Below are positions 18,218 through 30,188 of a stretch of DNA of 64,000 nucleotides, in pieces. Made by a program: the position numbers and the translations under genes. The stretch's first letter is position 1, and each line of letters starts with the position of its first letter. The DNA is from Chloropicon primus (Eukaryota): contig CP060757.1 in assembly GCA_023205875.1 (NCBI GenBank), positions 744,001 through 808,000 on the forward strand, given 5' to 3'. Under the pieces are notes generated by a model. The model saw nothing but the letters and a program-made list of their open reading frames with translations, was not told where the DNA came from and ran no database searches.

Positions 18218-20764
18218 ATGGAAGGAGGGGGGAAGTGGGGGAGGGGGAGGGTCAATCGGGATCAATGTGGGTGGGCGACCGCCCTGATCCTCTTCATCCT
18301 CGTGGCGTCGTCCGGAGGCTTCGTGGGCGGTGCCGCTGCCACGGTGCCCTCCTCGAGCCTGGTGTCCTCGAGCCTGGCGAGGGACGCTCAAGCGGCACTG
18401 TCCATCTACGGCCCCGCGGAGGCGTCGGGCCTGAACGCGGAGGAGGCCGTGAACCTGTTCGAGAGGGCGCAGATCGCCCTGTCCAAGACCCCCCTGGCGT
18501 TCGTGGACTCCCTCGTGGAGAAGCCCAGGGGGGCGGAGGGCGTGGGGGGCGTGAGCATCGTTGACGGGGCGGCGGTGATGGACGAGGACTCCGACGGGTT
18601 CTCGGAGGTGGAGGCCGTCGAATTGCTCAAGGTGGCGGCCCTGTCGGGTCATAGGGAGGGCGTCGCCCTCTTCGCGAGGCTGATGCTCTTGGGGGCCGTG
18701 CCCAAGCTTGGGGAGGGGCCGCCCAGCAGCCTGGAGCGGTCGTGGTCTCTGCGGCTGCTCACCCAGGCCGCGTCCCTCGGTTCGCCCCTGGCGCAGACCT
18801 ACCTGGGCCTGCTGTACTCCGCGGGGGTCGCGCCGATATCGTCGGAACCCCCCACCGGGGGCTCCCAGCCTGCGGCGACGGAGGACTCCTTCTCCGTGCC
18901 GGAGTCCCTCCTGCACCTCTACATGGGCGCCTCTGGGGGGGACGCCCTGGCCCAGCTGTCCCTGGGGTGGAGGCACGCCCTCGGCATAGGAGTGCCCAAG
19001 TCGTGCCAGGCGGCCGTGCTCTATTACGACACGCCCGCCTTCCTTCTCGTGGACAAGACGAGGGAGCCCGGGTCGACGCTGAGGCACGCCTTTGGGGCGC
19101 CGAACAAGGACAGGATATCGAGCTCCGAGGCCCTCAAGTCCGTGAGGTGGCAGAAGTTCGACGAGGACACCTTCGTTGGCAGGTTCAAGTCGGCCTACAA
19201 CAAGGTCGCCGCGAATTCGGCGACATCCTCCGGGGCGCAGCACGAGACGGACATGCTCCAGTACTACGAGTACAGGGCCAGTGCGGGGCACGCGGCGGCC
19301 CAGACGGCCATGGGCGAGGTCCACCTCTCGGGCTCGAACGGGATGCCGCAGGACTTTGAGAAAGCCGTCGAGTACTTCGAGCTCGCTCACTCCGCGAACG
19401 ACAGGGAGGCGACCGCCCAGCTTGGCCACATGTACGCCAACGGCTTGGGGGTGGAGCAAAGCAACTCCACCGCCATGGAGTACTTTCAGGAGGCGGCCGA
19501 TATGGGCAGCGCGCACGGCATGTACGGCCTGGGCTACTTGTATCTCTCTGGTTTCACGGGCGACGCCGAGGAGGGAGATGGCCACGAACTCGAGGGAGGG
19601 GATCGCCCTGCCATAAACGTCGAGAAGGCGATCACGTACCTCTCAAAAGCGGCGGACAGGGGTCATGTCGAGGCCATATTTCTCCTTGGGGTCATGTACT
19701 TGAACGGCTGGAACGCAAACAGCAAGCGGATCATTGCCAAGGTGAGGGATGTGATCCACGACAAGACGAACGTCGCTCTCGCCAAGGAGAGCGACACGCT
19801 CAAGGCCTACAACTTCTTGCAGGTCGCTGCCTATGCCGGCCACCCGATTGCAATGTACAACACAGCAATGATGCGGTTGCTAGGGATGGGGACCCAGGCC
19901 TCCTGCTCTGGTGCCTTGGAGCTCCTCAAGCCTCTCGCGGAGCGCCTCAGCCCTGAAACAAAGTTGCTAGAACACGCGTTTCGGCAGGTGTCGACGGGCG
20001 TCGACAATGCAGCGCTGAGCTACATGCTTGCGGCGTACTCGGGGATGGAGGTCGCCCAGACGAACGCGGCTTACCTCCTGCAGCACGGGTCAAACGTCGA
20101 CTTTGACGTTATATCCTTCGAGGACGGGCAGAGGATCGTGTCCTCGGAAATCGACAGTCAGCGCCAAGCCATCAAGTTCCACAAGTACGCCGCCGAGCAG
20201 GGGAACATGGCGAGCCTTCTGGCCATAGGAGACATTTATTTCTATGGATACGGCGTCCCGGTGAACAAAGAGAAGGCGGGGGAGGCGTACAGAAGGGCAG
20301 CGGAGATCGCCACGTTGAAGAAAGCGGACAGCCACGCCTCCACTCTCGCTGGCGGAAGGCCCAAAGGGGGTGGGGACTCGAGCTCCGATTTCGAGCTCAC
20401 CCCCCCCGTCGCAACCGCGTTCGCGTACTTCAACTTGGGGGTCATGCACCAGATGGGAATCGGTTTGCCACAAGACTTGCATTTGGCGAAAAGGTTTTAC
20501 GACCTTGCCATGGGCAGCCACTCGACCGCATCGGGGCCCTGTACCATAGCGCTCTTCTCCCTTCGTGCCCACAAGTCCCTGGAGCAGCTCGCGCCTCTCG
20601 CCAAGAAGGCTGCAGAGCTGTTTGTGAACTACGTCCCTGACTTCACAAAGGCTTTCAAGGAGGCCTTCCCAGACTTTGCGGACACCGAGGATACGGTTCT
20701 GATTCTCTCATTAATCCTGCCGCCAATCCTCCTCGTCATGCTCATGCGGCGGAGAGTGTTTTGA
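18218..20764 (+). CDS. HRD3: SEL1L/Hrd3 ERAD component (Sel1-like repeats)
   Basis: Signal anchor, multiple Sel1 repeats, G.EVAQTNAAYLL, GLPQDLHLAKRFYDLA, C-terminal TM. Confidence 0.88.
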   Translation: MEGGGKWGRGRVNRDQCGWATALILFILVASSGGFVGGAAATVPSSSLVSSSLARDAQAALSIYGPAEASGLNAEEAVNLFERAQIALSKTPLAFVDSLVEKPRGAEGVGGVSIVDGAAVMDEDSDGFSEVEAVELLKVAALSGHREGVALFARLMLLGAVPKLGEGPPSSLERSWSLRLLTQAASLGSPLAQTYLGLLYSAGVAPISSEPPTGGSQPAATEDSFSVPESLLHLYMGASGGDALAQLSLGWRHALGIGVPKSCQAAVLYYDTPAFLLVDKTREPGSTLRHAFGAPNKDRISSSEALKSVRWQKFDEDTFVGRFKSAYNKVAANSATSSGAQHETDMLQYYEYRASAGHAAAQTAMGEVHLSGSNGMPQDFEKAVEYFELAHSANDREATAQLGHMYANGLGVEQSNSTAMEYFQEAADMGSAHGMYGLGYLYLSGFTGDAEEGDGHELEGGDRPAINVEKAITYLSKAADRGHVEAIFLLGVMYLNGWNANSKRIIAKVRDVIHDKTNVALAKESDTLKAYNFLQVAAYAGHPIAMYNTAMMRLLGMGTQASCSGALELLKPLAERLSPETKLLEHAFRQVSTGVDNAALSYMLAAYSGMEVAQTNAAYLLQHGSNVDFDVISFEDGQRIVSSEIDSQRQAIKFHKYAAEQGNMASLLAIGDIYFYGYGVPVNKEKAGEAYRRAAEIATLKKADSHASTLAGGRPKGGGDSSSDFELTPPVATAFAYFNLGVMHQMGIGLPQDLHLAKRFYDLAMGSHSTASGPCTIALFSLRAHKSLEQLAPLAKKAAELFVNYVPDFTKAFKEAFPDFADTEDTVLILSLILPPILLVMLMRRRVF

Positions 20765-21016
20765 TGTATATTCCTGTAAAAGTGTACTTATATAGATTAT
20801 TCGTGTGGCGTCCAGGTGCCATCCCATATCCACATCCGCAGCCTCTCGCAGAGTTGGTCCACATTGGTTCCGGAAGCGTCTTCGCCTCGTCCCCGTGAGG
20901 CATCCACTCGGTCTGCTCCTCGTCGGCCTGGCCGGCTCAATCTCGGGAAATCCTATTGTTGCCTGGCGGGCCGGGACTGCCGAGGAGGACAAGGTATCGA
21001 AGACACGCTACGCACA

Positions 21017-22192
21017 ATGGATTACTTCAAGTCGCGATCGCTGGTGCTGCCCGTCCAGCCCATGGATGTGTGTGCCCGCGGTGACTATGCCGCGGTCGCC
21101 CTGATAGACGGCCGCATTGCGCTGGCGAGAGTGGGCGAGAACGAAGGCGAGGCCGGGAGAATGACGACGCACCTCTGGCAGGCTCACGACGGGGCCTCGT
21201 GCAGGTCGGCGATATTCCTGGACGACTTCGTCGTCAGCGGTGACGCGCAGGGCAGCCTCCGCCTCAGCAGCATCGAGAGGAGCGCTGGGGCTAGCGCGGA
21301 TCAGGGCAAGCCGTACGGGGTCCAGAGCGAGGGCCGCCAGGTCGAGGAGGACGAGGAGGACGAGGAGGAGGGGGGCGACCTCGGGTGTGGGACGAGCTGC
21401 ATCGTGGGGCTCGGCGATGCGAACACGTTCGCCGTTGGGTACGACGACGGGAAGCTCGAGGTTTACGACAGGAGGGCGCTCGGCAAGGGGGCCTCGCCCG
21501 TTCCAGTGGCCCACTTCGTGGAGCACACGGACTTCGTTTCCGCCATGGACTTGGTGTCGCCGGGGCAGCAGCTCGTGTCGACCAGCGGGGACGGCACCCT
21601 CGCGCTCTTCGACCTCAGGAAGAGGAAGCTCGTCGCGAGGTCGGAGGACGACGCGGACGACGAGATGCTCTCGGTGCGGGTGATGAAGGGGGGGAAGAAG
21701 GTGGTCTGCGGCCACCAGAGCGGCGTCCTCAGCATCTTCTCCTGGGGCTACTGGAACGACTGCAGCGACAGGTTTCCGGGCCACCCGGAGTCCGTGGACG
21801 CTATGGTCAAGGTCGACGAGGACACCCTCCTGACGGGCTCCTCCGACGGCCTGATTCGGATCGTCAGCGTCCTGCCGAACAAGGCCTTGGGCGTCGTCGG
21901 CGAGCACCTCGCCGAGAACCCGATCGAGAAGCTATGCCTCGAGCCCACGAGCTCTCGGACCTTGTACAGCATCTCCCACGACAACGTCGTCAAGGTGTGG
22001 TCCGTGGGCGAGCTCCTGGACGAGGACGAGAGCGACGACGGGGAGGACGCCAAGGCCGAGGAGGAGGGCTCGGACTCGGAGGACGCGGATCGCCCTCGCC
22101 CGCAGAGGAAGAAGCACAAGAAGGGGAAGCAGAAGGGCGGTTTCAAGGGTCAGAAGCACGCGGAGCGGTCCGCCTTCTTCGCGGACCTTTAG
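21017..22192 (+). CDS. WDR55: WD40 protein WDR55/JIP5
   Basis: SGDGTL..DLRK, GGKKVVCG.QSG.L, DCSDRFPGHPESVD, TGSSDGLIR, basic tail ending FFADL. Confidence 0.85.
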   Translation: MDYFKSRSLVLPVQPMDVCARGDYAAVALIDGRIALARVGENEGEAGRMTTHLWQAHDGASCRSAIFLDDFVVSGDAQGSLRLSSIERSAGASADQGKPYGVQSEGRQVEEDEEDEEEGGDLGCGTSCIVGLGDANTFAVGYDDGKLEVYDRRALGKGASPVPVAHFVEHTDFVSAMDLVSPGQQLVSTSGDGTLALFDLRKRKLVARSEDDADDEMLSVRVMKGGKKVVCGHQSGVLSIFSWGYWNDCSDRFPGHPESVDAMVKVDEDTLLTGSSDGLIRIVSVLPNKALGVVGEHLAENPIEKLCLEPTSSRTLYSISHDNVVKVWSVGELLDEDESDDGEDAKAEEEGSDSEDADRPRPQRKKHKKGKQKGGFKGQKHAERSAFFADL

Positions 22193-22825
22193 CAGGCAGC
22201 AGGGAGAACTTCATATAACATATACATAAGCATAAGCATAAGCATACCTTTGAAATCATCATCCATCTTTGGTTTAACTTTGCGCTGCGCAAAGTTCACC
22301 ACCAGGAGGCCACACACCACCAGGAGGCCACCACCACCAGGAGGCACGAGGCTTGGATTGGCTTCGCGGATTGCTCCCCAGCATCCCCTCCCAGCTGTTC
22401 GATGGATACTCCTTCCCCCCCCCAAAAAAATAGAGAGCAGACCAGAGCTGGCCCCCGAGTCCAGCGAACAAGAAATTTCTCTCTCTCTCTCCCTTTCAAA
22501 CCCTTCCCCCTTCGTTTTTGGACAAGGGATTTGAAAGGGGCAAGAGAGAGAGAGAGAGGCGGAGGCGGAAAACACCACTTGTGTTGGCGCGCCAAGGGAA
22601 CGAGGGACGCACGAGGGGGGGATTGAGTGAGGATCCTTGGCGAGTTCGTGACTCTGTCTCTGGTCTGGGCCGGCTCGGGTTTGTGTGAAACACTTGTGCT
22701 TCTTTTGAAGGCGAGGCTTTCGGGGGCGCGCGCGAGAAGAACCTTGCCTTACCTTTCTAGTTGTACCCCAGGGCCAAAGACCGTGGTTGTGCGTGTGCGC
22801 GTGAGGGTCAAGGAGAGAGGACGAG

Positions 22826-23773
22826 ATGGGAGAGAAGGACATATTGTCGCTGGCGGATGCGAGCGAGCTGGACAACCACATCAACAACCTCATGGAGTGC
22901 AAGCTGCTCTCGGAGGAGGACGTAGAGGCCCTGTGCAAGAAGTGCAAGGAGATCCTTGAGACGGAGCCTAACGTGACGCCCGTGAGCTGTCCGGTGACGG
23001 TCGTCGGGGACGTGCACGGGCAGTACCACGACGTAATGGAGCTCTTCAAGATAGCGGGCACGGCGCCCAACACCAACTTTCTGTTCCTCGGAGACTACGT
23101 GGACAGAGGGTACTACTCGGTCGAGACGGTGCAGATCGTGCTCGCCCTCAAGGCGAGGTACCCGAAGAGGGTGACGATCATCAGGGGCAACCACGAGAGC
23201 AGGCAAATCACGCAAGTCTACGGGTTTTATGACGAGTGCCTGAGAAAATACGGGACGGCGAACGTTTGGAAGATGGTGACGGACCTTTTTGACTTCTTGC
23301 CCCTCGCGGCCATAGTAGAAAACCAGCTCTTCTGCCCCCACGCGGGCCTGTCCCCGGGCCTGAACACCATCAGCAACATCGACCAGCTCTCTCGATTCGA
23401 GGAGGTTCCCCACGAGGGCCCCATGTGCGACTTGCTTTGGAGCGACCCCGACGAGAGGCCTGGTTGGGGGCTGTCCCCAAGAGGAGCGGGGTACACTTTC
23501 GGGCAGGACGTGAGCGAGCAGTTCACCCACACGAACGGCCTCAAGTTCATCATGAGGGCCCACCAGCTCGTGTCGGACGGGTACTGCTGGGTGCACGAGG
23601 GCAGCGTCGTGACGGTCTTCAGCGCGCCGAACTACTGCTACAGGTGTGGAAACCTGGCCGCAATCTGCGAGATTGACGAGCACCTCAACTGCAAGTTCCT
23701 GCAGTTCGAGCACGCGCCTCCAAGAGGAAGCGGAACGGAGATCAAGCGCATGGTTCCGGACTACTTCTTGTGA
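22826..23773 (+). CDS. PP2A-family Ser/Thr phosphatase catalytic subunit
   Basis: [30 protein letters not shown]-terminal PDYFL. Confidence 0.95.
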   Translation: MGEKDILSLADASELDNHINNLMECKLLSEEDVEALCKKCKEILETEPNVTPVSCPVTVVGDVHGQYHDVMELFKIAGTAPNTNFLFLGDYVDRGYYSVETVQIVLALKARYPKRVTIIRGNHESRQITQVYGFYDECLRKYGTANVWKMVTDLFDFLPLAAIVENQLFCPHAGLSPGLNTISNIDQLSRFEEVPHEGPMCDLLWSDPDERPGWGLSPRGAGYTFGQDVSEQFTHTNGLKFIMRAHQLVSDGYCWVHEGSVVTVFSAPNYCYRCGNLAAICEIDEHLNCKFLQFEHAPPRGSGTEIKRMVPDYFL

Positions 23774-24088
23774 TCCGCCGTTTGTTGTTTGTGTTGCAGG
23801 ATTGCCTGTGTGTGGGTTGTGGGGTAGAAGAACAAGAAGGAGAAGAAGAAGAAGAAGGAAGGTATGTTTGTATTTTTTTCTAGTATTTAAGGCGGAGCGA
23901 AGGAAGGAGGAGGAGGAGGGGGCGACGAATATCATAGAGGAGTTCCAAAAAACGCAACATAGAAAACACTTGTAACACGTCCGTGTATTATCACAGAGAA
24001 AAGAAGGAAAAATGCATGCGCGCGCGGTCCTTTCCCCCCCTACCCCCCCACATACACCCCGCACGGCACCAAAACTTAGTTTAATTAT

Positions 24089-25636
24089 TTACACGGCGTC
24101 CTCCACGGCTTCAAGCAGGAAGGCCGCCTTCCCCGTCGCGATCTCGAAGATGATGATGGTCAGCAGGGCCATCATGGCCAGCCTCCCGTTCACGAGCTCC
24201 GCGGACCGGGTCCAGCCCCACTCCCACTCGAGGGAGACCTCCGGCAGGGGCAGGACCTTCCTGTCCCCGTCGTACGTCTCCAGCAGGGCGTCCACGCTCC
24301 CCATGGGGACCAGGCTCCCCGACTGCTTCAGGAGCGCGGGGGTCTGGGGGTCCCTCAGGTCGGCCTCGTACGCCACGTTCCCCATGTTGGGCAGGGCGTA
24401 GGGCAGGGCCTCGATCGCGGCGCTCGCGAGGTCGGAGATGAAGACCTCGTCGCACCCCAGGGCGGGGACCCTCCTCCAGCCCTGGATCCCGCAGTCCTCG
24501 GCGACCTCCCTGTACTCCATGTCGATCTCTTCCAGGGTCTCGATGTGCTCGCTCACAAAGGAGATGGGCACGACGACGAGGGCCTCCACCCCCTGGTTCG
24601 CGAGGTACCTGATGGAGTCGCCCGTGTAGGGCTCCAGCCACTCCACGGGTCCGACCCTCGACTGGTACGCCAGCGTGTGGCCGTTGTACTCGATCCCCCT
24701 GCCCCTGAGCTCCTCCACGATGAGGTCCACGGTCTCCTCCATCTCCTCCTTGTACGGGTCCCCGGCCTCCGTGACGTAAGACTTGGGGACCCCGTGCGCG
24801 GAGAAGAAGACGTGGGCCTTGCGGGAGCTCAGGCCCTTCTTGGCCGACTGCTTGCACGCGTCGAACGCCAGGATCTCCCTCTCGATCAGGTTGGCCATGG
24901 CGCACACGTACCCCCTCCTCTGGTACCAGGACGGGATCACCGTGTGCCTCAGGTCCTTGAGGGCGGGGTCCTCCTTGAAGATCTTCTCCAGGAGCCTGAG
25001 GGAGGACCCGGACGTGGACACGGAGAACTGCGGGTACAGGGGCAGGATCACCAGGTCGGTGATCCGGTCCCTCTTCACCCTCTCGATGGCCTCCTCCGTG
25101 AAGGGGTTCCAGTACCTCATCGCGACGTAGCACTTGGCGTCCACGTCCTGCGCCCGCATCGCCCCCTGCAGGGCCCGGGCCTGCTCCTCGGTCGTCCTCC
25201 TGATGGGCGACCCGCCGCCGATGGCCTTGTACCCCTCCTGGGAGGTCGGCGCCCTGGCGTACGACACCACGGAGGCAAGCAGGGGCTGGGCCCACCCCAC
25301 CGCGTCCGGCAGCCTCAAGATGTCCGGGTCCGCGAACAGGTTGTACAGGAACTCCTGCACGTCGTCCAGAGTCTCGGGACCGCCCAGGTTCAGGAGCAGG
25401 ACCCCGACGCGACGCGACGAGCTGGTCTCGGCGTCGTCGGTGGCGTTGTCGGGTGCTGACGACGACGGCGAGGAGGGGGTGTCCGTGGTCGCCCGGAGGG
25501 GGCGAGCGCAGTGTGTGTGTGTGTGGGGGGGGTGCCGCTGCCTCCCCCTGAGACTCGCGGCGGGGTGACTCGTGGCGGGGGGGCACCGCGGTGCCGCCGC
25601 CCTCCCTCGCGTCGCCGCCGACGCCGTCCTCCTCAT
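24089..25636 (-). CDS. hemH: Plastid ferrochelatase with C-terminal CAB (chlorophyll-binding) motif
   Basis: [49 protein letters not shown]; tail [16 protein letters not shown]. Confidence 0.95.
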   Translation of the reverse strand: MRRTASAATRGRAAAPRCPPATSHPAASLRGRQRHPPHTHTHCARPLRATTDTPSSPSSSAPDNATDDAETSSSRRVGVLLLNLGGPETLDDVQEFLYNLFADPDILRLPDAVGWAQPLLASVVSYARAPTSQEGYKAIGGGSPIRRTTEEQARALQGAMRAQDVDAKCYVAMRYWNPFTEEAIERVKRDRITDLVILPLYPQFSVSTSGSSLRLLEKIFKEDPALKDLRHTVIPSWYQRRGYVCAMANLIEREILAFDACKQSAKKGLSSRKAHVFFSAHGVPKSYVTEAGDPYKEEMEETVDLIVEELRGRGIEYNGHTLAYQSRVGPVEWLEPYTGDSIRYLANQGVEALVVVPISFVSEHIETLEEIDMEYREVAEDCGIQGWRRVPALGCDEVFISDLASAAIEALPYALPNMGNVAYEADLRDPQTPALLKQSGSLVPMGSVDALLETYDGDRKVLPLPEVSLEWEWGWTRSAELVNGRLAMMALLTIIIFEIATGKAAFLLEAVEDAV

Positions 25637-25882
25637 CGCGCTGTTCGTTTAGGGTGTTCGCACTGTTCGTTAGTGTGCCGTCGGGACGCCGTAAGAGTTC
25701 GTCGTTGGCGTTCGTTCCTTCTCCTTCTGGAGGACGAGGGAGGAGATCTGGATTCGTGGCCCTGCTGAGGTTTTCGGCGGGTGAGCTCGGCTTCGGTGCC
25801 TGGGGGAGGATCGGTGTTTGGATGGATTTAGGAACCTTGTTCCGGAACTGCTACAATTCCGAGCTCAGGGCGAGTCGAGGGA

Positions 25883-26897
25883 TTAAGTAGCGTGTAATAT
25901 AATATAACGGGTGGCGCCGGACTTGGGCATGTAGTGCGACGCCGCGTACACGGCTTGCCCGTCCGAGGTGCTTGCAGCCTTGCTCATGTACTTTTTGAGC
26001 TCCTCTTTCTTTTCCTCCCCAATCAAAGTTGCTGCGTGGGGCGTCGGGATGCACGCCAGTATAGAGGCCTGCCCTGCGCGCTCAGCAAGGTAGTCACCTG
26101 TTCAGGAAGATCTTTGCCGAGCAAAGCGCTTGAGATCGTGGCCGCCTGACCAGCGAGCTTGTTCCCAAGCCCCTCCTGCACAATGGACTCGCGGAGGAAG
26201 ACGATGAAGTGGGTCAGTCCTTTCAAGCCCTCAACGCGCTCCAGGTGGACTCCGCCACGGCCTCGGACCACGCGGACCAGGGTCAGCTCCTCAGGCTCGC
26301 GAGTTCGCTCCGCCCGTGTACCCTCGCGTGCAAGGGTGGGCTGCGCGCCAGCTAATTCGTCTGCGAAGCGAAGAGAGGCAAGAAGTCCATCCGCATTGAG
26401 AAGCGTCGTCGGATCCGCGTTCTCCTCGATGGCGGCCATCTCCCGCTGCCTATGAGGTCCCGCGGAGGTCGCCAGGGCCACTGTGCAAGCGTTGGTGTCC
26501 AGGCTTGTTCCGAGTGCCACCGCGCCGCACGGCTGCCCGCTGCCCTGCAATTGGGTGAAGACAGAGACATTGGGCACCACAATCCTTGGGCGCCACCCAC
26601 CTGGAGAACCGCGGCCGGGGTGGCGTCACCAGCCCCTTCTTCACATGACGACGTCGCGACGTCGGACGTGGAGGACCCAGTATTCGTCAGTCTCCTCTTC
26701 TTCGGCCTCGGCGGCAACCAGTTTAGGGTCGCCACTTCTCCCGTGGGATAACATAAGTCAGTATGATTTGCTTCTCCCCTTCGCCCCATTCGGGAGCCCT
26801 CCCCTTCTTCGTCGGTGGTGCTTGACCCAGACCATGGTCCTCTCCCAGCTCCCGCCAGGTCACACACCTCCTCGCCGTCCTCCGCCGTTACGATCAA
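25883..26897 (-). CDS. Probable multi-exon hypothetical gene (exon structure and start uncertain)
   Basis: Plausible short GT-AG introns (about 26600-26545; 26150-26098); protein-like terminal exon DYLAERAGQ...EEKKEELKKYMSK...IILHAT-TAA. Confidence 0.35.
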
Positions 26898-26965
26898 CGA
26901 TCTCGTTGTCCTTGGGTATAACTAACGTCTCTAACCGAATCATTGTCTCACGGAGCAAGATTGAA

Positions 26966-27039
26966 AGACCTGTACGGGGGTCGAACCCGCGACCTCTAGA
27001 TTCGAAGTCTAGCGCTCTGATCCACTGAGCTAACAGGTC
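26966..27039 (-). tRNA. tRNA-Arg (anticodon UCG), intronless
   Basis: Acceptor stem GACCTGT/ACAGGTC, D-arm TAGCTCAGTGG..AGAGC, anticodon arm CTAGA-CTTCGAA-TCTAG, T-arm GCGGGTTCGACCCCCGT. Confidence 0.95.
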
Positions 27040-27156
27040 TTTGTCCCATAACAAGAGCTTTTCGACTACAAGTACTGTTGCGCCACCCCGACGATCGGGA
27101 TCGGGGTCGGTCTGCTGCTGGCCCTCGCCCTCGTCGTCGTGCCCGTTCCCGTTCCC

Positions 27157-27855
27157 ATGACGACGACGAGGGCGAGGTCGACGACCACCCGGGGGCGGCG
27201 GGCGACGAGGCGGCCCTCCACGCCTCCTCAGCACGAGCACGGGCACGAACGTCGCCGTCGTTGTGGACAGCATCTTGACGTCGCCCGCGTCGTGGCCTCC
27301 GCGGAGCGGAGGAACCTCCGCCTGGAGTACGCCGGCCTCGGCCCGGCCTTCCGGGTGACCGCGACCACGACGACCTCCTCGACCTCCTCGACCTCCTCGA
27401 CCTCCTCTTCTTCTCCCGGCGTCGTCGTCGAGGTCGGGCACATCACGGGGTTCTTCGTCCCGGCCAGCGGGTACGTCCACTTCGACGAGATGCGCGTGGT
27501 GCCGTCGTCCTCCCTGCGGGCGTCCGGGGCGTCCGCCGGGGCCTTCGGCACCGGCTTGGTGATGGGCGTGTTCGCCCTGTGCGAGCTCAGGGACCGGGGG
27601 TGCAGGACCGCGGAGCTCCTGGCGATCAACGACAACTCGTACCAGTTCTCCAAGCTTGTCCGGTACTACGAGCGGATGGGATTCGAGAGGGTCAGGGAGG
27701 TCGGGGGCGTGGACGAGGATCAGAGCCCGTGGCACGTGGAGCTCGTGGACCGGCTCGTGTGGGGCGGGTCCGGCATGCTCATGAGGGCCGACGTCGGGGA
27801 CGTTCTCGCGAGGTGGTCCAAGGCCTTCCAGGACAAGGGCCAAAGCCCAACATAA
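27157..27855 (+). CDS. Conserved plastid-type GNAT-fold-like hypothetical protein
   Basis: [32 protein letters not shown] motifs, as in a plant/cyanobacterial conserved family; transit-like leader. Confidence 0.65.
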   Translation: MTTTRARSTTTRGRRATRRPSTPPQHEHGHERRRRCGQHLDVARVVASAERRNLRLEYAGLGPAFRVTATTTTSSTSSTSSTSSSSPGVVVEVGHITGFFVPASGYVHFDEMRVVPSSSLRASGASAGAFGTGLVMGVFALCELRDRGCRTAELLAINDNSYQFSKLVRYYERMGFERVREVGGVDEDQSPWHVELVDRLVWGGSGMLMRADVGDVLARWSKAFQDKGQSPT

Positions 27856-27986
27856 TAATGTCATACAGAGAAAAAAGCAAAAGCAAAAAAATTCTCGCTC
27901 CCTCCCTCCTTCCCTTTCCTTCGTTTCTGGTCAGACACCCGCGCGCGCAACCCAAAGGAGACTTCGCTCTCCTCTCTGTGCCAACC

Positions 27987-30134
27987 ATGGCTGCCATGGC
28001 TTGGGTGGTGCGCTCGCTGGTGCGGACGTCGTCGGCGGCGACGACTCGGGTCTTGCGTCCGTCGTCGTCGTGCCTCCTCCAGAGGGTTGTTGTTGCCCCT
28101 CGCTTTTTTTCCACGACGACCGAGGAGTACCCGCCTCACATCACTTTGGATATGCCGTCCCTGTCGCCAACCATGTCCCAGGGAAACATTGCCGGCTGGA
28201 AGAAGGCCGAAGGGGACCAGGTAAGCGAGCCACCCAAGCAGCATCCCGTCTCTCCCGTCTCTCTCTGAGATGATACTTCTTCACATCTTCTTCTCACACA
28301 CACACACACACACACACACTGACTCTTCTTTCTTTCTTTCTTTCTTTCCTTCTTCCACCCTCTTCGTCGTCGTCGTCGTCGTCGTCGTCGTGACACCACC
28401 ACCACTACTACTGCCACTACTACTGCCACTGCTACTGCCACTCCACCCAACTCCACCCAACGTCACCTAAAACACACCGTTCGTCGTCATCATCAACAAA
28501 ACCACCACAAGGTCGCCGCGGGGGACGTGCTCGCCGAGGTGGAGACGGACAAGGCGACGATAGAGTGGGAGTCCGTGGAGGAGGGCTACCTGGCCAAGAT
28601 TTTTTTGCAGGACGGGGCCAAGGACGTCCCCGTGGGCACGCTGGTGGCCGTGCTGTGCGAGGAGGAGGGGGACGTGGGGAAGTTCGAGTCGTACTCCCCC
28701 GCCGCGGCGTCGGAGCAGCCCGCCCAGGAGGAGGAGCCCTCCCAATCAACCTCCTCTCCCTCGTCGGCGGCGCCCTCGTCCCTCGCCCTCGCCCTCCCCC
28801 CACACACCGTGCTCGGCATGCCCTCGCTCTCCCCGACCATGACCCAGGGGAGCCTGTCTTCCTGGTCGAAGAAGGAGGGCGACGCGATCGAGGCGGGGGA
28901 GATCCTCGCCGAGGTGGAGACCGACAAGGCGACCATCGAGTGGGAGGCCGTGGACGGGGGCTTCCTCGCCAAGGTGCTCGTGCAAGCCGGGACGTCGGAC
29001 ATAGAGATAGGCAGGCCCGTGGCCATAGTCTGCGAGGAGGAGGAGGACATGGGGGCGTTCAAGGACGTCACGCCGGAGATGCTGGCGAACGAGGGGGACC
29101 AGGAGGCCCCCTCCGCCCCGGCGCCGCCCCAGGAGGCGAAGAAGGAGAAGGCAAGGCCGGCGGCAAAGGCCGCGGCCCCCATGTCCTCCTCCTCGCAGGC
29201 TCCTCGCACGCACCCCTCGGGCCACGTCCTGGCGAGCCCCAAGGCCAGGGCGATGGCCAGGGACGGGAACGTGGACCTCTCCCTCGTCGCCGGGACCGGT
29301 CCTGGGGGCAGGGTCATCGCGGCCGACGTGGCGGAGTACGAGGAGTCCGCGCCCCGCCAAGCGACGCACGCGGGTGCTGCTGGGGACGACAACGTTCCGG
29401 ACGCCTACGAGGACGTCGAGGTCTCCCAAATGCGGAGGGTGATCGCCCAGCGCCTCCTCATGTCCAAACAGACGATCCCCCATTACTACCTCACCATGGA
29501 CTGCGAGGTGGGCGCTCTCATGTCCCTGAGGTCAAGCGTCAACGCCTCCGTCGCGGAGAAGATGGGGAAGGTCTCCCTGAACGACTTTGTCATCAAGGCC
29601 TGCGCCTTGGCGTGCCAGGAGGTCCCGGAGTGCAACGCAGAGTGGAGGGACGACGCGATCAGGCTGCACAAGAACGTCCACGTCGGGGTGGCGATGGACC
29701 TCGGGTCCCTCGGCCACACCCAAGGCGGGCTCGTGGTGCCGGTCGTCAAGAACGTGCAGCTCAAGGGGGTGGCCTCCATATCGAGCGTGGTCAAGGACTA
29801 CGCGGCCCGGGCCAAGCCCGCGGATGGGGTGGATGGGAAGATGCGCCTCACTCCGGAGGAGATGGACGGTGGTACCTTCACGGTGTCTAACCTGGGGATG
29901 ATGGGAGTGAAGCAGTTCGCCGCGATCGTGAACCCGCCCCAGTCGTGCATTTTGGCGGTCGGGGGGGTGAGAAGCGAGGTGAAGAAGGATGGCCCGGACG
30001 GCTTCAGGGAGGCAAAGGTGATGAGCGTCACGCTGTCTTGCGACCACCGCGTGGTGGACGGTGCGGTTGGAGCCAAGTGGCTCCAGAAGTTCAAGAACCT
30101 GCTAGAGAACCCTCTTCAGATGCTCTTGCAATAA
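27987..30134 (+). CDS. DLAT: Mitochondrial pyruvate dehydrogenase E2 (dihydrolipoamide acetyltransferase), two lipoyl domains
   Basis: Exons 27987-28220 and 28512-30134 (GTAAGC..CAAG intron); MPSLSPTM and EVETDKAT twice, ASPKAR binding domain, CDHRVVDG. Confidence 0.93.
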
Positions 30135-30188
30135 TTCTTTAATTGTAACAATGCTCTTTTCCAAGGATTGAGAAAACAACAACAAGGA

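Noticed and set aside
17777..19585. Long antisense or alternate-frame ORFs (also 4296-6002, 9447-10799, 24111-25586, 30168-31868)
   Set aside because: Shadows of GC3-rich coding sequence on the other strand or frame, with no recognisable motifs
22298..22346. Three short CACCACCAGGAGGC repeats in an intergenic region
   Set aside because: Low-complexity minisatellite with no TIR, TSD or structural support
25890..25997. TATA-like element, GC stem and T5 run suggesting a Pol III ncRNA on the + strand
   Set aside because: No known RNA motif; better explained as the terminal coding exon of a minus-strand gene
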